Assembly: GCA_038087875.1 (NCBI GenBank)
Contig: CM075989.1
Coordinates: 8,062,001 to 8,126,000, forward strand
Length of the DNA: 64,000 bases
Reading direction: 5' to 3'
From: Malacoraja senta
Taxonomy: Eukaryota
The position numbers and the translations under genes are program-made. The first letter of the stretch is position 1. The number at the start of each line of letters is the position of its first letter. Under the pieces are notes generated by a model. The model saw only the letters and a list, made by a program, of their open reading frames with translations. It searched no databases and was not told where the DNA came from. This document shows positions 35,130 through 46,598 of the stretch, one piece after another.

Positions 35130-36921
35130 TTAACCCAAAGTCCATTTCTGGCCAGCATGCACACAATGGACTAAATGCCACAAGTTCCTGCGATTCTAGC
35201 TCCTGAAGTCAGGAAGTAGAAACATCGAGTTCAGAGACACAGCGCGGAAACAGGCCTTACCGCCCACTGAGTCCGGGCCAACCAGCGATCATAGAAACAT
35301 AGAAACACAAAAAATAGGTGCAGTACTGGCCATTCGGCTCTTGGAGCGAGCACCGCCATTCAATATGATCATGGCTGATCATCTAAAATCAGTACCCCGT
35401 TCCTGCTTTTTCCCCATATCCCTTGATTCCTTTAGCCCTAAGAGCTAAATCTAACTCTCTCTTGAAATCATCCCGCACACTCGCACTATCCCATACACTA
35501 GGGCCAACTTACAATTTTTACTGAAGCTAATTGACCTACAAACCTGTACGTCAGGAATGTGGGAGGAAACCGGAGCAACCAGGGAATGTCCACATGGTCA
35601 CAGGGCGAACGTACAAACTCCGTACAGACAGCACCCGTAATCAGGATCAAACCCGGGTCTCTGGCACTGTAAGGCAGCAACTCTACCCCTGCGCCACCAT
35701 GCCGCCCAAGTAACAGCAAGAACATGCAAACTCCACACGGACATCTCCCGAGGTCAGCATCAAACTCTGGTCTCTAGCGCAGTGAGGCAGCTGCTCTATC
35801 AGCTGTGCTACCAAGCCACCTATTTTGCCTTGAGTTCTCTGTGACCCTAACTGGCTAACTGCTATATGGGTGGAAAAGCAGCTCAGCTGGTCAACATCTG
35901 TATCTGTGTTCCACTTGAGATCTCCTCCTGCCCTGCCCAAGGTCTCAGCTCCCAGGACTCATCTGAATTATCAGCTGGTATTATTATTTTTTTGTTAGGG
36001 GTGAGGGTGGGGGAAGGTGTCACTCTGTCCTTGCAGAAGAGTGCAGCCAACTTCCAGGTAAACAAAATGAGAACATTGTTTTGGAATCCCAAAGAGATGG
36101 ACTGAAATGCAGTTGTTTATTGCAGTTAAGCCGTTGGGATAAATGATGCAAACTTTATTCCTCTGAGACCAGTGACTTTAAATGCAAGGCAAAAAAAAAA
36201 CGGGAGCACCTGTGCGAACGTCACTTGCAGCAAAACAATATCATCGTGACATAATGTGATCTAGTGGCTTTGGAGGAGACGTTGTTCCTGTCACTGGGAA
36301 GAACGGCATATGGTTTTGGTCTGAGAAAAACAACGTGCTGGAGGAACTCAGCCAGTCAGGCAGCATCTCCAGAGGGAATGGACAGGTAACGTTTCGGGTA
36401 TGCACCCATCTCCAGAACTGAAGCATTTCCCTGTGGAGGCTGAAAGGCCCATTTCTACGCAGTACAATTCTATGTGTAGGAAAGAACTGCAGATGCTGGT
36501 TTAATCGAAGATTGACACAAAATGCTGGGGTGGCTCAGTGGGACAGGCAGCATCTCTGGAAAGAAGGAATGGGTGACGCTTTGGGTCGAGACCCTTCTTC
36601 TATTCTATGGCTGACTATATCCATGCTGTGGCTAGATGAGTCTAATTATACCTGAACAGAGATTTGGGGATGGCAAGGAATAACGTGTTTGACCCTGGGG
36701 GATGCTGGAGACCAGGAGGCCCTGCCTCAGTAGGTGGTGGCAACAAATGCAAAAATGGGAATGAGATATCCATTTAAAAAGAAAATAATCGCAAGTCAAT
36801 GGGACAAGGAAATAAGGAACGATATTTTTTAGTTTAGTTCAATTTATTGTCACGTGTACTAATTTTACAGTGAAAAGCTTTTTGTTGCATGCTATCCAGT
36901 CAGTGGAAGGACTATATATGA

Positions 36922-37244
36922 GGGGCGGCACAGTGGCGCAGCAGTAGAGTTGCTGCCTCAAGGCACTAGAGACCCGGGCTTGATGCGGGTGACTGCGGGT
37001 GCTGTCTGTGTGGAGTTTGTACGTTCTCCCTGTGGCCATGTGGGTTTTCTCTCGGTGCTCCGGTTTCCACCCGCACTCCAAAGACGTACTGGTTTGTAGG
37101 CTAATTGGCTTTGATAGAATTGTAAATTGTCCCTAGTGTGTAGGATAGTATTGCTGTATGGGGTGATCGCTGGTCGGCAGGGACTCAGTGGGCTGAAGGG
37201 CCTGTTTTCACGCTGTATTTCTAAGGTCTAAAGTAAAGTCTAAA
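36922..37244 (+). mobile_element. Full-length V-SINE (HE1-like) inserted in a Rex-type tail
   Basis: ggggcggcacagtggcgcagcagtagag head through to the ctaaag tail; the host tail resumes with gattacaatcaagccg. Confidence 0.88.
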
Positions 37245-37709
37245 GATTACAATCAAGCCGTCCACAGTGTACAGATACAGGATAAAGGAAACGGTGTTTA
37301 GTGCAAGATAAAGTCTAGTAGAGTCCGAATAAAGATATTTTGTACTCTAAGGACGTCAGGGATCAGGCAGGAAACTGCACCTGGGTCAAGTCAGTCTGAA
37401 GTTACGGAACGAATGCAGGATCGAGGGAATGTTCATATCTCAGTGGGAACTTTGCAAGCCATATCCCAGGACCATTATTTTATCCAAACTTGGCCAACAG
37501 GACTGGAGGGTGATTGTAACTGGCGTAGAGAAGAGGAAGTATCGCAGGACTAAAAACTACAATTAACTAGATCGACTGAAACAGGAGGCTAATACAGGGA
37601 AACCTCATTAACGTAGTGTGCTGAGAATATGTGGAATATGTTTAAAGTGGTGTAATACCCTCATTTTTTATAAAAACAAAGATAGGAGCAGATGGGCACT
37701 TTTTATTTT

Positions 37710-38005
37710 TAGTTTAGGTTAGAGATACAGCGCGGAAACAGGCCCTTCGGTCTACTGAGTCCGCGTCGACCAGATCACCGTACACTAGCACTATCCTACA
37801 CACAAGGGACAATTTACATTTTTTACCAAAGCCAATTAACCTACAAACCTGTACGTCTTTGAAGTGTAGGAGCACCCACAGAAAACCCATGCAGGTCACG
37901 GGGAGGATGTACAAACGCCACACAGACAGCACCCGTGCTCAGGATCGAACCCAGGTCTCTTGGCGCCGTAAGGCAGCAGCTTTACTGCTGCGCCACCGTG
38001 CTGCC
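37710..38005 (-). mobile_element. V-SINE (HE1-like), inverted relative to 36922-37244
   Basis: Reverse complement of the same family. Confidence 0.88.
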
Positions 38006-41000
38006 AATTGTGTCCAACTGTTTGACACATGTTGGTGCTGCATTGAGAGACGGTGGGAGGTAGATGGTGGAAAGGCATTCGGCTGTTGGGAGATGCATCG
38101 CTCACCGCTGGATACCCAGCCACTCATCTACTCTTGCAGCATGGTATTTGTGTAGTCGTACTAGAGTCATACAGCCAGTTGGAATATAGAGTCTTGAGTT
38201 CATCCAGCATGGAAACAGACCTTTTCACCCAACTTGCCTGTGCCGACCAAGAAGCCCCATCTACGCTAGTTCTGCCTCCCCGTGTTTTGCCCATATCCTT
38301 CTAAACCTTTCCTATCCCGAGTTGGGAGAATGTTGATGGTGGCAAACACGGTGATGGCAATGCCATTGAATGCCGATGATAGGTGGTTGGATTCCCTATT
38401 GTTAGAGATGGTTACTGCTTGGCATTTCTGTAGCAAGAAGGTTACTTGTGACATAAACCCGCACACCAACGTTGCTCAGGTCTTCCACCACATGGGCAGG
38501 GGCTGCTGCCTGTGTCACAGGCCCCGTGGATGGGATTGAACATTGTGCTATCGTCAGAAAACATCCTCACTGTCAAAGTGTCTTCCACCCTCTGGGTGGG
38601 CATCCAAGTGGGATACAGGAGAGAGGGGTGGAAAGTTAGGCCTCCTCCATTGCCAAAAGGAGATCACATGCAAATTGGAGCAACAGTACCTCATATTTCA
38701 CTTGGATAGCTTACAACCCAACGGTATGAATGTTGAATTCTCTCATTTTCAGTTAACTTCTATAAGCACTCCCCTCCCCTCCCCTCCCCTCCCCTCCCCC
38801 CCCCCCACCACACCATCCCCACTTGCCCCCCCCTCCTTCCTCCACGAAACGTCATTTAACCAGTTCCATAGTTTGCAACAATGATCCCTCTTGGGATCAC
38901 ACCATCCCTAACCAACAATCGGCTTTATCGGGGAACCTCCCCCGCTTGTGTCATCTGTTGCCAGCCCTGGTTTGACCTGGTCTTTTCTTGCTTCCGCTTC
39001 CCCCCTCTCCTCCCCCCCCCCTCACCTCAATCAGTCTGAAGAAGGGTCCCAACCCAAAATGTCACCTATCCAAAGATGCTGCCTGACCGGCTGAGTTACT
39101 CCAGCACTTTGTGTCAGCCTTTGAGAAAAGGTTGAGGCTGTTTGCAGGGGGACTGATTGAATTTCTCTTTTAAAGAACCAGTGCATGCAAAGTGGGCTGA
39201 AAGGCCTCCTACGAGGCTACATCATTCTGATTCCCTTCACTGCATGTCTGCCACCGATTTATAGGCTTTTTTTTCATTTTGTCTCCATGGTTACTGGCCT
39301 AAAAATAACATCACTTTCATTGCCTGCGGGGATATTTTGTTTATTGTGTTCAATTCGGCGCTGGAGTGTCTTACAATTGCTTTGCGATATTTTATCTTTG
39401 TAAAACTGATACCCATTTAATGGTGCTAAAACTGACACATCCATTTAAGTTCCACATATTTAAATATGGAGCTAGGGGTAGCTGAGGGACAAGCTACACT
39501 GTCAGTGCTGGGCTCAGTGAAAGTAAAGATAAATGCAGCTTATTTCAAATTAGGATGGAGGAAAGATTAACTTTAAATGAATTATAAATGCCCATTCTTT
39601 CCATTTATTATTTTCTCTGGAAGTATGGATCTTTGGGAAAACTAGCCTTTAAGGTGAGAGGGGAAAGATTTAATAGGAACCAGAGCGGCAGCATTTTCTC
39701 ACAGAGGGTGGTGGATATATGGAACGAGCTGCCAGAGAAGGTAGTTGAGGCAGGTACTACAACAACATATAAAAGATATTAGGGTGGGTACATGGATGGT
39801 AGCTAATGAAACTTCACAGTTTTTTTTCTCTTCTCTTCTATCCCATTCTGGATAGTGGATTTTATCTCTGGAACTGTTGCACTACAGTCCTGCAGAATAT
39901 AGTTCTCAGAATTGTAAGGCAACAGTTCCAAAGATAAAATCCACTTTCCAGAATGGGGTAGAAGAGAAGAGAGAAAAAAAAGGAATGTACAGCTGGTTTA
40001 ATCTTTTATCAGTCGTAGAGAAATTGCTGGAACCTATTATTAAGGAAGTGTTAGTAGGCGACTTAGAACAGGAGGACTGGACAGAATCAACATGGATTAT
40101 TAGAATGGACTTGCAGTGCGATAAAACATTTTTTTTAGGTTAAAACACAGCTGCTCACAAGCGACATCAATTATTTTGATGGTCGAATGCAATGTTTCTG
40201 AATTTGCTGAAGATACACAGCAAGGTGGGGCGAGGGGAGGGGAGGGGAGGCCGGGGAGAGGCGTGCAAAGAGGCTCCATGCTGATATATTGGGTTAAGTC
40301 AAAGGGCACGGTCATGACAGCTGGGGTACAATGTGGAAAAATGCGATAACATTTCTTGCAGTAAGACATATAGAAGAGTGGAGAGAGGTGGAAAAGTGAT
40401 AGTGTTCAGAGGGGACTGTGTCCCTGAACATGAAGCACTGAAAGTTAGCATGCCGGTTCAGTTATAAATCATGAATGCAAATAGTATTTTAGTATTAATT
40501 GTATGGGAACTTGAGTACAAAGTGGTAACATACCAACCCAAGGGTAGGGGGATGAAGAACCAGAGGATATAGGTTCAAGGTGCAAGATTTAGTCGGAACC
40601 CGAGTGGCAAATTTATTCACACATAGGGTGGTGGGTGTATTAAACGAGCTGCCAGAGGAGGTAGTTGAGGCAGGTACAACAGCGACATTTAAAATACATT
40701 TGGACAGATACATGGATAGGAAAGGTTTAGAAGGAAATGGGCCAAACATGGACATCTGGAACTAGCGCAGATGGGGCATCTTTGTCGGCATGGGATGAGT
40801 TGGGCCAAAGCGCCTGTTCCCATTCCATATGACTCTAAATCATGAAATTGTGACAATTTACTTCAAAAAAAATAATCACCCTGACTGCTGTGTCAAAACT
40901 TGACCTGATCAGTTCCTGAGCAGCAGTTGTTGTGCCTCCAGGAAGTCCAGGAGTCCAACTTCTAGATTTGTTTCTTTTTATGGGTTTAACCATGTCATAG

Positions 41001-41563
41001 CTTGAGCTGGTAGAGCTGCTCTCTCAGAGACCCGGGTTCCATCCTGACCTCGGGTGCTGTCTAAGTGGAGTTTGCACGTTCTCCCTGTGACCGCGTGGGT
41101 TTACCCCAGTCGCTCCAGTTTCCACCCACATCCCAAAGACGTGCAGGTTGTGGGTTAATTGGCTTCTGTAAAATTGAAGGTAGACAAAAGTGCTGGAGAA
41201 ACTCAGCGGCTGCAGCAGCATCTATGGAGCGAAGGAAATAGGCAACGTTTCGGGCCGAAACCCTTCTTCAGAGTGACCCTGGTCAGTCTGAATTGACCCT
41301 GGTACGTAGGGAGTGGATGAGAAAGTGTGATATCATGGAACTAGTGTGAATGGGTGATTGATGGTTGGCATGGACTCGGTGGGCCGAAGGGCCTGTTTGC
41401 ATGCTGTGTCTCTACATATAAAATTCCCCATTCTGTGGTCTGGTTGGCATTGGGTGTAGAATGTGAGCTGCCATCTCTCCACTCACTGACAAAACCAAGT
41501 TGCAGCACCTTTACCACCACACTTCCTGGCTGTTTAATCCTGAGCTCTTGTTGTCTCCGACAG

Positions 41564-41690
41564 GTATTCCACGAACACAGCATTATCTTTGGCTATCGCC
41601 AACCACGATGCACTGCCACCGATTGCCTCTTCAGTCTCTTCCAGCTGACGAATGAGACCGTCAACATCTGGACCCACTTCCTGCCAACCT
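41564..41690 (+). CDS. PAQR5: PAQR5-like coding exon 2 (donor phase anomalous)
   Basis: Acceptor ttgttgtctccgacag, then VFHEHSIIFGYRQPRCTATDCLFSLFQLTNETVNIWTHFLPT with the PAQR GYR and NETxNIWTH motifs. The only GT donor is ACCT|GTAAGA. Confidence 0.92.
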
Positions 41691-44600
41691 GTAAGAGCTG
41701 ACTGTTCCCGAGCCTGTCCCAACACAGGTAGAGCCGGGACTCGCAACAGAACCTTTTACAGGTTTGGCTTGGTCGCAATAGGCATTGCACAGAGCAACTG
41801 TCTCACCAGCAGCTGTGGGTTGAACGATGAACGATGACTTCATGTGTGGGAAGGAACTGCAGATGCTGGTTTCTACCGAAGGTAGACGCAATGTGCTGGA
41901 GTAACCCAGCGGGCCAGGCAGCGTCTCTGGAGAAAAAGGATGAGTGATGTTTCAGGTCAGAACCCTTCTTAAGAATCTGTACAGAACCTGTCTTGAGATA
42001 GGTTCCAACACAAAATGTCACTCATCATTTTTCTCCAGAGATGCTGCCTGACCCGCTGAGTTACCCCAGCGCTTTGCTTCTATCTTGAGCAGTGTTTTAA
42101 TCTGCTTTCAGGGATACTCATCTTTAACAGAAAAAAGCTTGATTTCATCTAAAAGTTATTCATATGGCTCCGTGTTTAGTAGAGAGTCCTGATGATTGTA
42201 AATGCTACTTCATAAATCGCACACACAATATTTTTATCGGTGCTCCAACTGATGTAATCAGATCTACAGTAATCACCTGAGAACATTGGAACCTCTTTTT
42301 CGAGACAACTGTACTCTGAAGAGGCATGGAATGGGTGGGACATCAAAGATACAGTCTATCAAAGGTCTTGTTAAAACTATTCCTGGCTTCATGTTCGGCA
42401 TGGACATTGTGGGCCAAAGGGCCTGTTCCTCTGCTGTACTGTTCTACGTTCTTCATGAGGAAAAACTTTTTCACCCAGAGAGTTGTGAATCTGTGGAATT
42501 CTCTGCCACAGAAGGCAGTGGAGGCCAATTCACTGGATGTATTCAAGAGAGAGTTGGATATAGCTCTTGGGACTAACGGAATCAAGGGATATGGGGAGAA
42601 AGCGGGAACGGGGTACTGATTCTGGATGATCAGCCATGATCATATTGAATGGCGGTGCTGGCTCGAGGGGGGAATGGCCTACTCCTGCACCTATTTTCTA
42701 TTGATCTCTGGCTTAACTCACAGGCTACATTCTACAACTGCACAAAACTTCTAGCTAAGCAGCAAGGTCATCCATTGATGACGTTTTGTGTTGGGACTCT
42801 TCTTCAGACTGATCGAGTAGCGGGGAGATAGTTAGTGGAAACAAGCAAGGGGAGGGGGTGGGGCAAGTGCTGGCAAGTGATAGGTGGATCAGAATTGATT
42901 GACAGATGTTGGGTGGTGGGAGGGAGGGGGGAGGAGGTGGAGATGGTCACCAAGGCTGGAGGTAAGCAGTGGGAAGACAATCACCTTCACCCTTCTCTTC
43001 CCCACCTAACTCATCTACCAAACATCCCATCCTTACCTAGATCCACCTATCATTTGCCAGCTGTTACCCCCACCACTTCCCCTCGACTCTTTCTACCAGC
43101 TCTCTCCCCTCTACTCCAGTCTCAAAGAAGGTTTCCGACCCAAAGCATCATCTGTGCATCTCCCTCCACAGATGCTACCTGACCCACTGAGTTTCTCCTT
43201 GCCCTCCATTTCAGAATAATAGTGTTTTAAGCCGATAACTCAACACTAGCACTGGCAATAAATAAAAAAGCGCCGCTTTCCAGCCCATATCTCGTTGGCC
43301 ACGCTCGGTTGCACATCGGTGACAATCTGGTGGACTCTTCCATCTTCCTCTCGTTGGGGGATTGGGAGGGGCCTCACAAGTGGAATAGCCTAGGGCCTCT
43401 CTTCATCTAAATCCGGCCCTGCCCATTCCTTGTCTCCAGACATGCTGCCTGTCCTGCTGAGTTACTCCAGCATTTTGTGTCTACCATGGGTCAGGCAGTG
43501 TTCACCACCTTTTTGCAATCTCCTTCATTCCTGGGTGCTTGAGTTGCTGAACCAGGCCGCGAGGCAACCAGTCAATATGCTCTCTGCCGTACACCTGTAG
43601 AAGTTCAAGAGATTATTCATCGACATGGATAGGACAGGTTTGGAGGCATATGGACCTAGCGCAGGCAGGTGGGGCTAGTGTAGCTGGGACATGTTGGCCG
43701 CTGTGGGCAAGTTGGGCCGAAGGGCCTGTTTCCACACTGTATCACTCTGTGACTCCATGACATACTGAATCTGCTCAATCTTCCACAGAGGTAGAGGCAT
43801 TGAAGGGCATTGTTTATGATTGCATCAATGTGCTGGGTCCAGGACAAAAACATCAGAGTTTTATTGTTCACTTAAAAATTAGCACATACTCAGGGGGATG
43901 GCAGATTTTGCCCAATCAAATTGTAATGCATCGGAAGGTAGGTGGGAGTATATTGTTTCGTTTGAAATGCATGAAAATGTTTTCTCCTGTTCTCTGAGTT
44001 TTCATTTACCTCTTTTGTCAAGTATAAAGAATGTGGCAGAGCAGGGAGTGGCTGAAGGGAACATTGGAACAATTATCAATAGTGGATACTGGAACGTTCT
44101 ATTTGGCAGTGTGTCATGTTATTTATATCGTGATAAGGTTTTGTTACATGTTACAATGCTGTGAAACATTGTTACAGTGATGGCAGCAGTGTCATTTTTT
44201 TCCTTTGTTGGAGAAAGATTCTCATGTACCAGGGCAAACTCGCCATCCCAGGCCATCCCATAATGTTTCACAGTCGCTCCAGTGAAATACTTTTGTGCTT
44301 TGTAAAATAAGGAACAGAATATCCAGGAATTACTCAGCAGGCCAGGCTGCATCTGCGGGAAGAGAAAACAACGAACACTTCAGGTCACAGACCCTTCAGA
44401 AGGGAAGGGAAAACGTGAGTGACAGGGAACTGCAGATGCTAGTTTACCACAAAAGGACACAAGGCACTGGAGTAACTCAGCAGGTCAGGCAGCATCTCTG
44501 GAGAACATGAAAACCTCACTTCACCTATATCCACAGCACCACCTTGACTTTATCCTGCCCCCCCACCCCCCCCCCCCTCTTCCAGCTTTCTCCCCTCCCC

Positions 44601-45195
44601 CTATTACAATCAGTCTGAATTAGGGCCCCGACCCAAAATATCACCTCTCCATGTTCTCCAGAGAAGCTGCCTGACTCCATCACTTTATGTCTTTTTTAAG
44701 AAGAATGTTAACTCTATTTCTCTTCCCACAGATGCGGTCTGACCTGTTGAGTATTTCCATCATGTTCTATTTTTATTTCAGGTTTGCAGCATCTGCAGTT
44801 TTTCCTTGATTTTCACTTGCGTTTGAATTAGAGACAGTGTGACGCATGAAGATCTAAGAATCAACGTGTGATAATCATATAATCTGCGGAGCAATGTAGA
44901 CTGAGGGTGGATATGGGTGAGGTCACTGGGAGAACTACTCTTGCACGAGCAACATATAGTGCGTGGGATCTGTCACTTCAACGCAGAACAGCAGAGGGAG
45001 CTTTGTGTGATAACTCAGCTGAGAACAGCATTAAGAAGAGATGCAGTGATTCCTACGTACTGTCCTTCAAATGGGTGCAGCACTCCCTCAATACTGCCCC
45101 TCCAGCTGTAGAATACAGTTGCACAATCGATTTTCCGGCACCCTTGGTTCCACAGCCTTGCCGTATTATCCGTTTTGCCAGAGCTACAGAGGTCA

Positions 45196-45525
45196 CAGCC
45201 CTGTCCCACGGTACGAGTTCATTCCAAGAGCTCTCCCGAGTTTAAAAAAAATCAAACTCGGGGTAAGCACGGAGAATGAACGTAGCGGGTACGTCGGAAC
45301 TCGGGGACGTCTCTTAGCAGCTCGTAACGCTAACGGCAGGTACTCGGGAAGACTCGCTAACGGCAGGTAAGCACGGGAAGACTCGTGAAGATTTTTCAAC
45401 ATGTTGAAAAATGTCCACGAGAGCCCCGAGTACCGACGAGTGGCCATTACCGTAAATCTCCGAGTTCGAATCAGGGCAAACTCGGGAGAGCTCTTGGAAT
45501 GAACTCGTACCGTGGGACAGGGGTT
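45196..45525. mobile_element. MITE, core type C, about 45-bp perfect inverted repeat
   Basis: CCCTGTCCCACGGTACGAGTTCATTCCAAGAGCTCTCCCGAGTTT and its exact reverse complement; central 22-bp palindrome at 45391-45412. Confidence 0.9.
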
Positions 45526-46392
45526 TAAGGGGGTCGAGATAACGGCCCGCAATGTCGGCCGCGGCAGTCGGCAATGGGAACGGATCTGCCGGCTCCGGCT
45601 GGGCTGGAGTTCTAGAGCCCCAGCCGCAGGAGGCAAATTGGGCCCGGCCATCGGCACGGAAGTCCTGGTGAGGTGGAGGTTGGCCAAGGTGCCACATTTT
45701 TGGAGGGACTTCCGGGAGGAGGGGGGGGGGGAGGGGGTTTTGTCCAGATTAAAGGGGTGTCGGACCACTAGTGGCCGTAAAATCAATGGTGTCTCTGTAC
45801 CGCAGCGCTCCACCTTTCATGTGATATAATGCTGCAATTGTATTACTCTGCTGCCTGCGTGCTTTTGAGGCTGAGTACTTTGGAATCACTGCATCTCTGC
45901 TTCATTCTGCTCTCAGCTGAGTTATTAGAAACATAGAAAATCAGTGCAGGAGTAGGCCATTCGGCCCTTCGAGCCAGCACCGCCATTCAATGTGATCCTG
46001 GCTGATCATCTACAATCAGTACCCTGTTCCTGCTTTCTCCCCATATCCCTTCATTCCGCTTGCCCCAAGAGCTATATCTAACTTTCTCTTGAATACATCC
46101 AGTGAATTGGCCTCCACTGCCTTCTGTGGCAGAGAATTCCACAGATTCACAACTCTCGGGGTGGAAAAGATTTTCCTCATCTCAGTGGCCTACCCCTGGT
46201 TCTGGACTTCCCCAACATCAGGAACAATTTTCCTGCATCTAGCCTGTCCAATCCCTTAAGAATTAAATGCCTTTCTGTTGGTACTGTCTCTTTGCCAGCG
46301 CAGTGCCTCTCCACACTGTAGTACAATGGCCCTTCACCACAGCTTCTCTGACAATGTGACGCTCCCTCAGTCGGTGGCACGGTGAATAATAT

Positions 46393-46598
46393 AGGGCCTG
46401 TCCCACTTGAGCGTTGTTTGCGCGTTACGCAGATGGCACGCAAAGATTTTGTACATCCCAAAATCCTGGGGCGCCGCGCACGACCGCGTGTCACTGCCTA
46501 CGTCACCACGCACCATGCACGCGTAATGCGCACCATGGTGACGCGTAAATGTTGTCACGTAAATTACACGCAAATGACGCCCATGTGGGACAGGCCCT
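46393..46598. mobile_element. MITE, core type D
   Basis: AGGGCCTGTCCCACTTGAGCGT ... ACGCCCATGTGGGACAGGCCCT|TTA; same core as 49993-50207. Confidence 0.88.

Noticed and set aside
43320..43420. Possible hAT-type terminus (CAGGGCCGGATTTA on the minus strand)
   Set aside because: No matching opposite end or 8-bp duplication was found, so it was not called as a feature.
45193..45829. 206-aa and overlapping ORFs
   Set aside because: They arise from a GC-rich MITE and adjacent repeat-like sequence; no protein motif.
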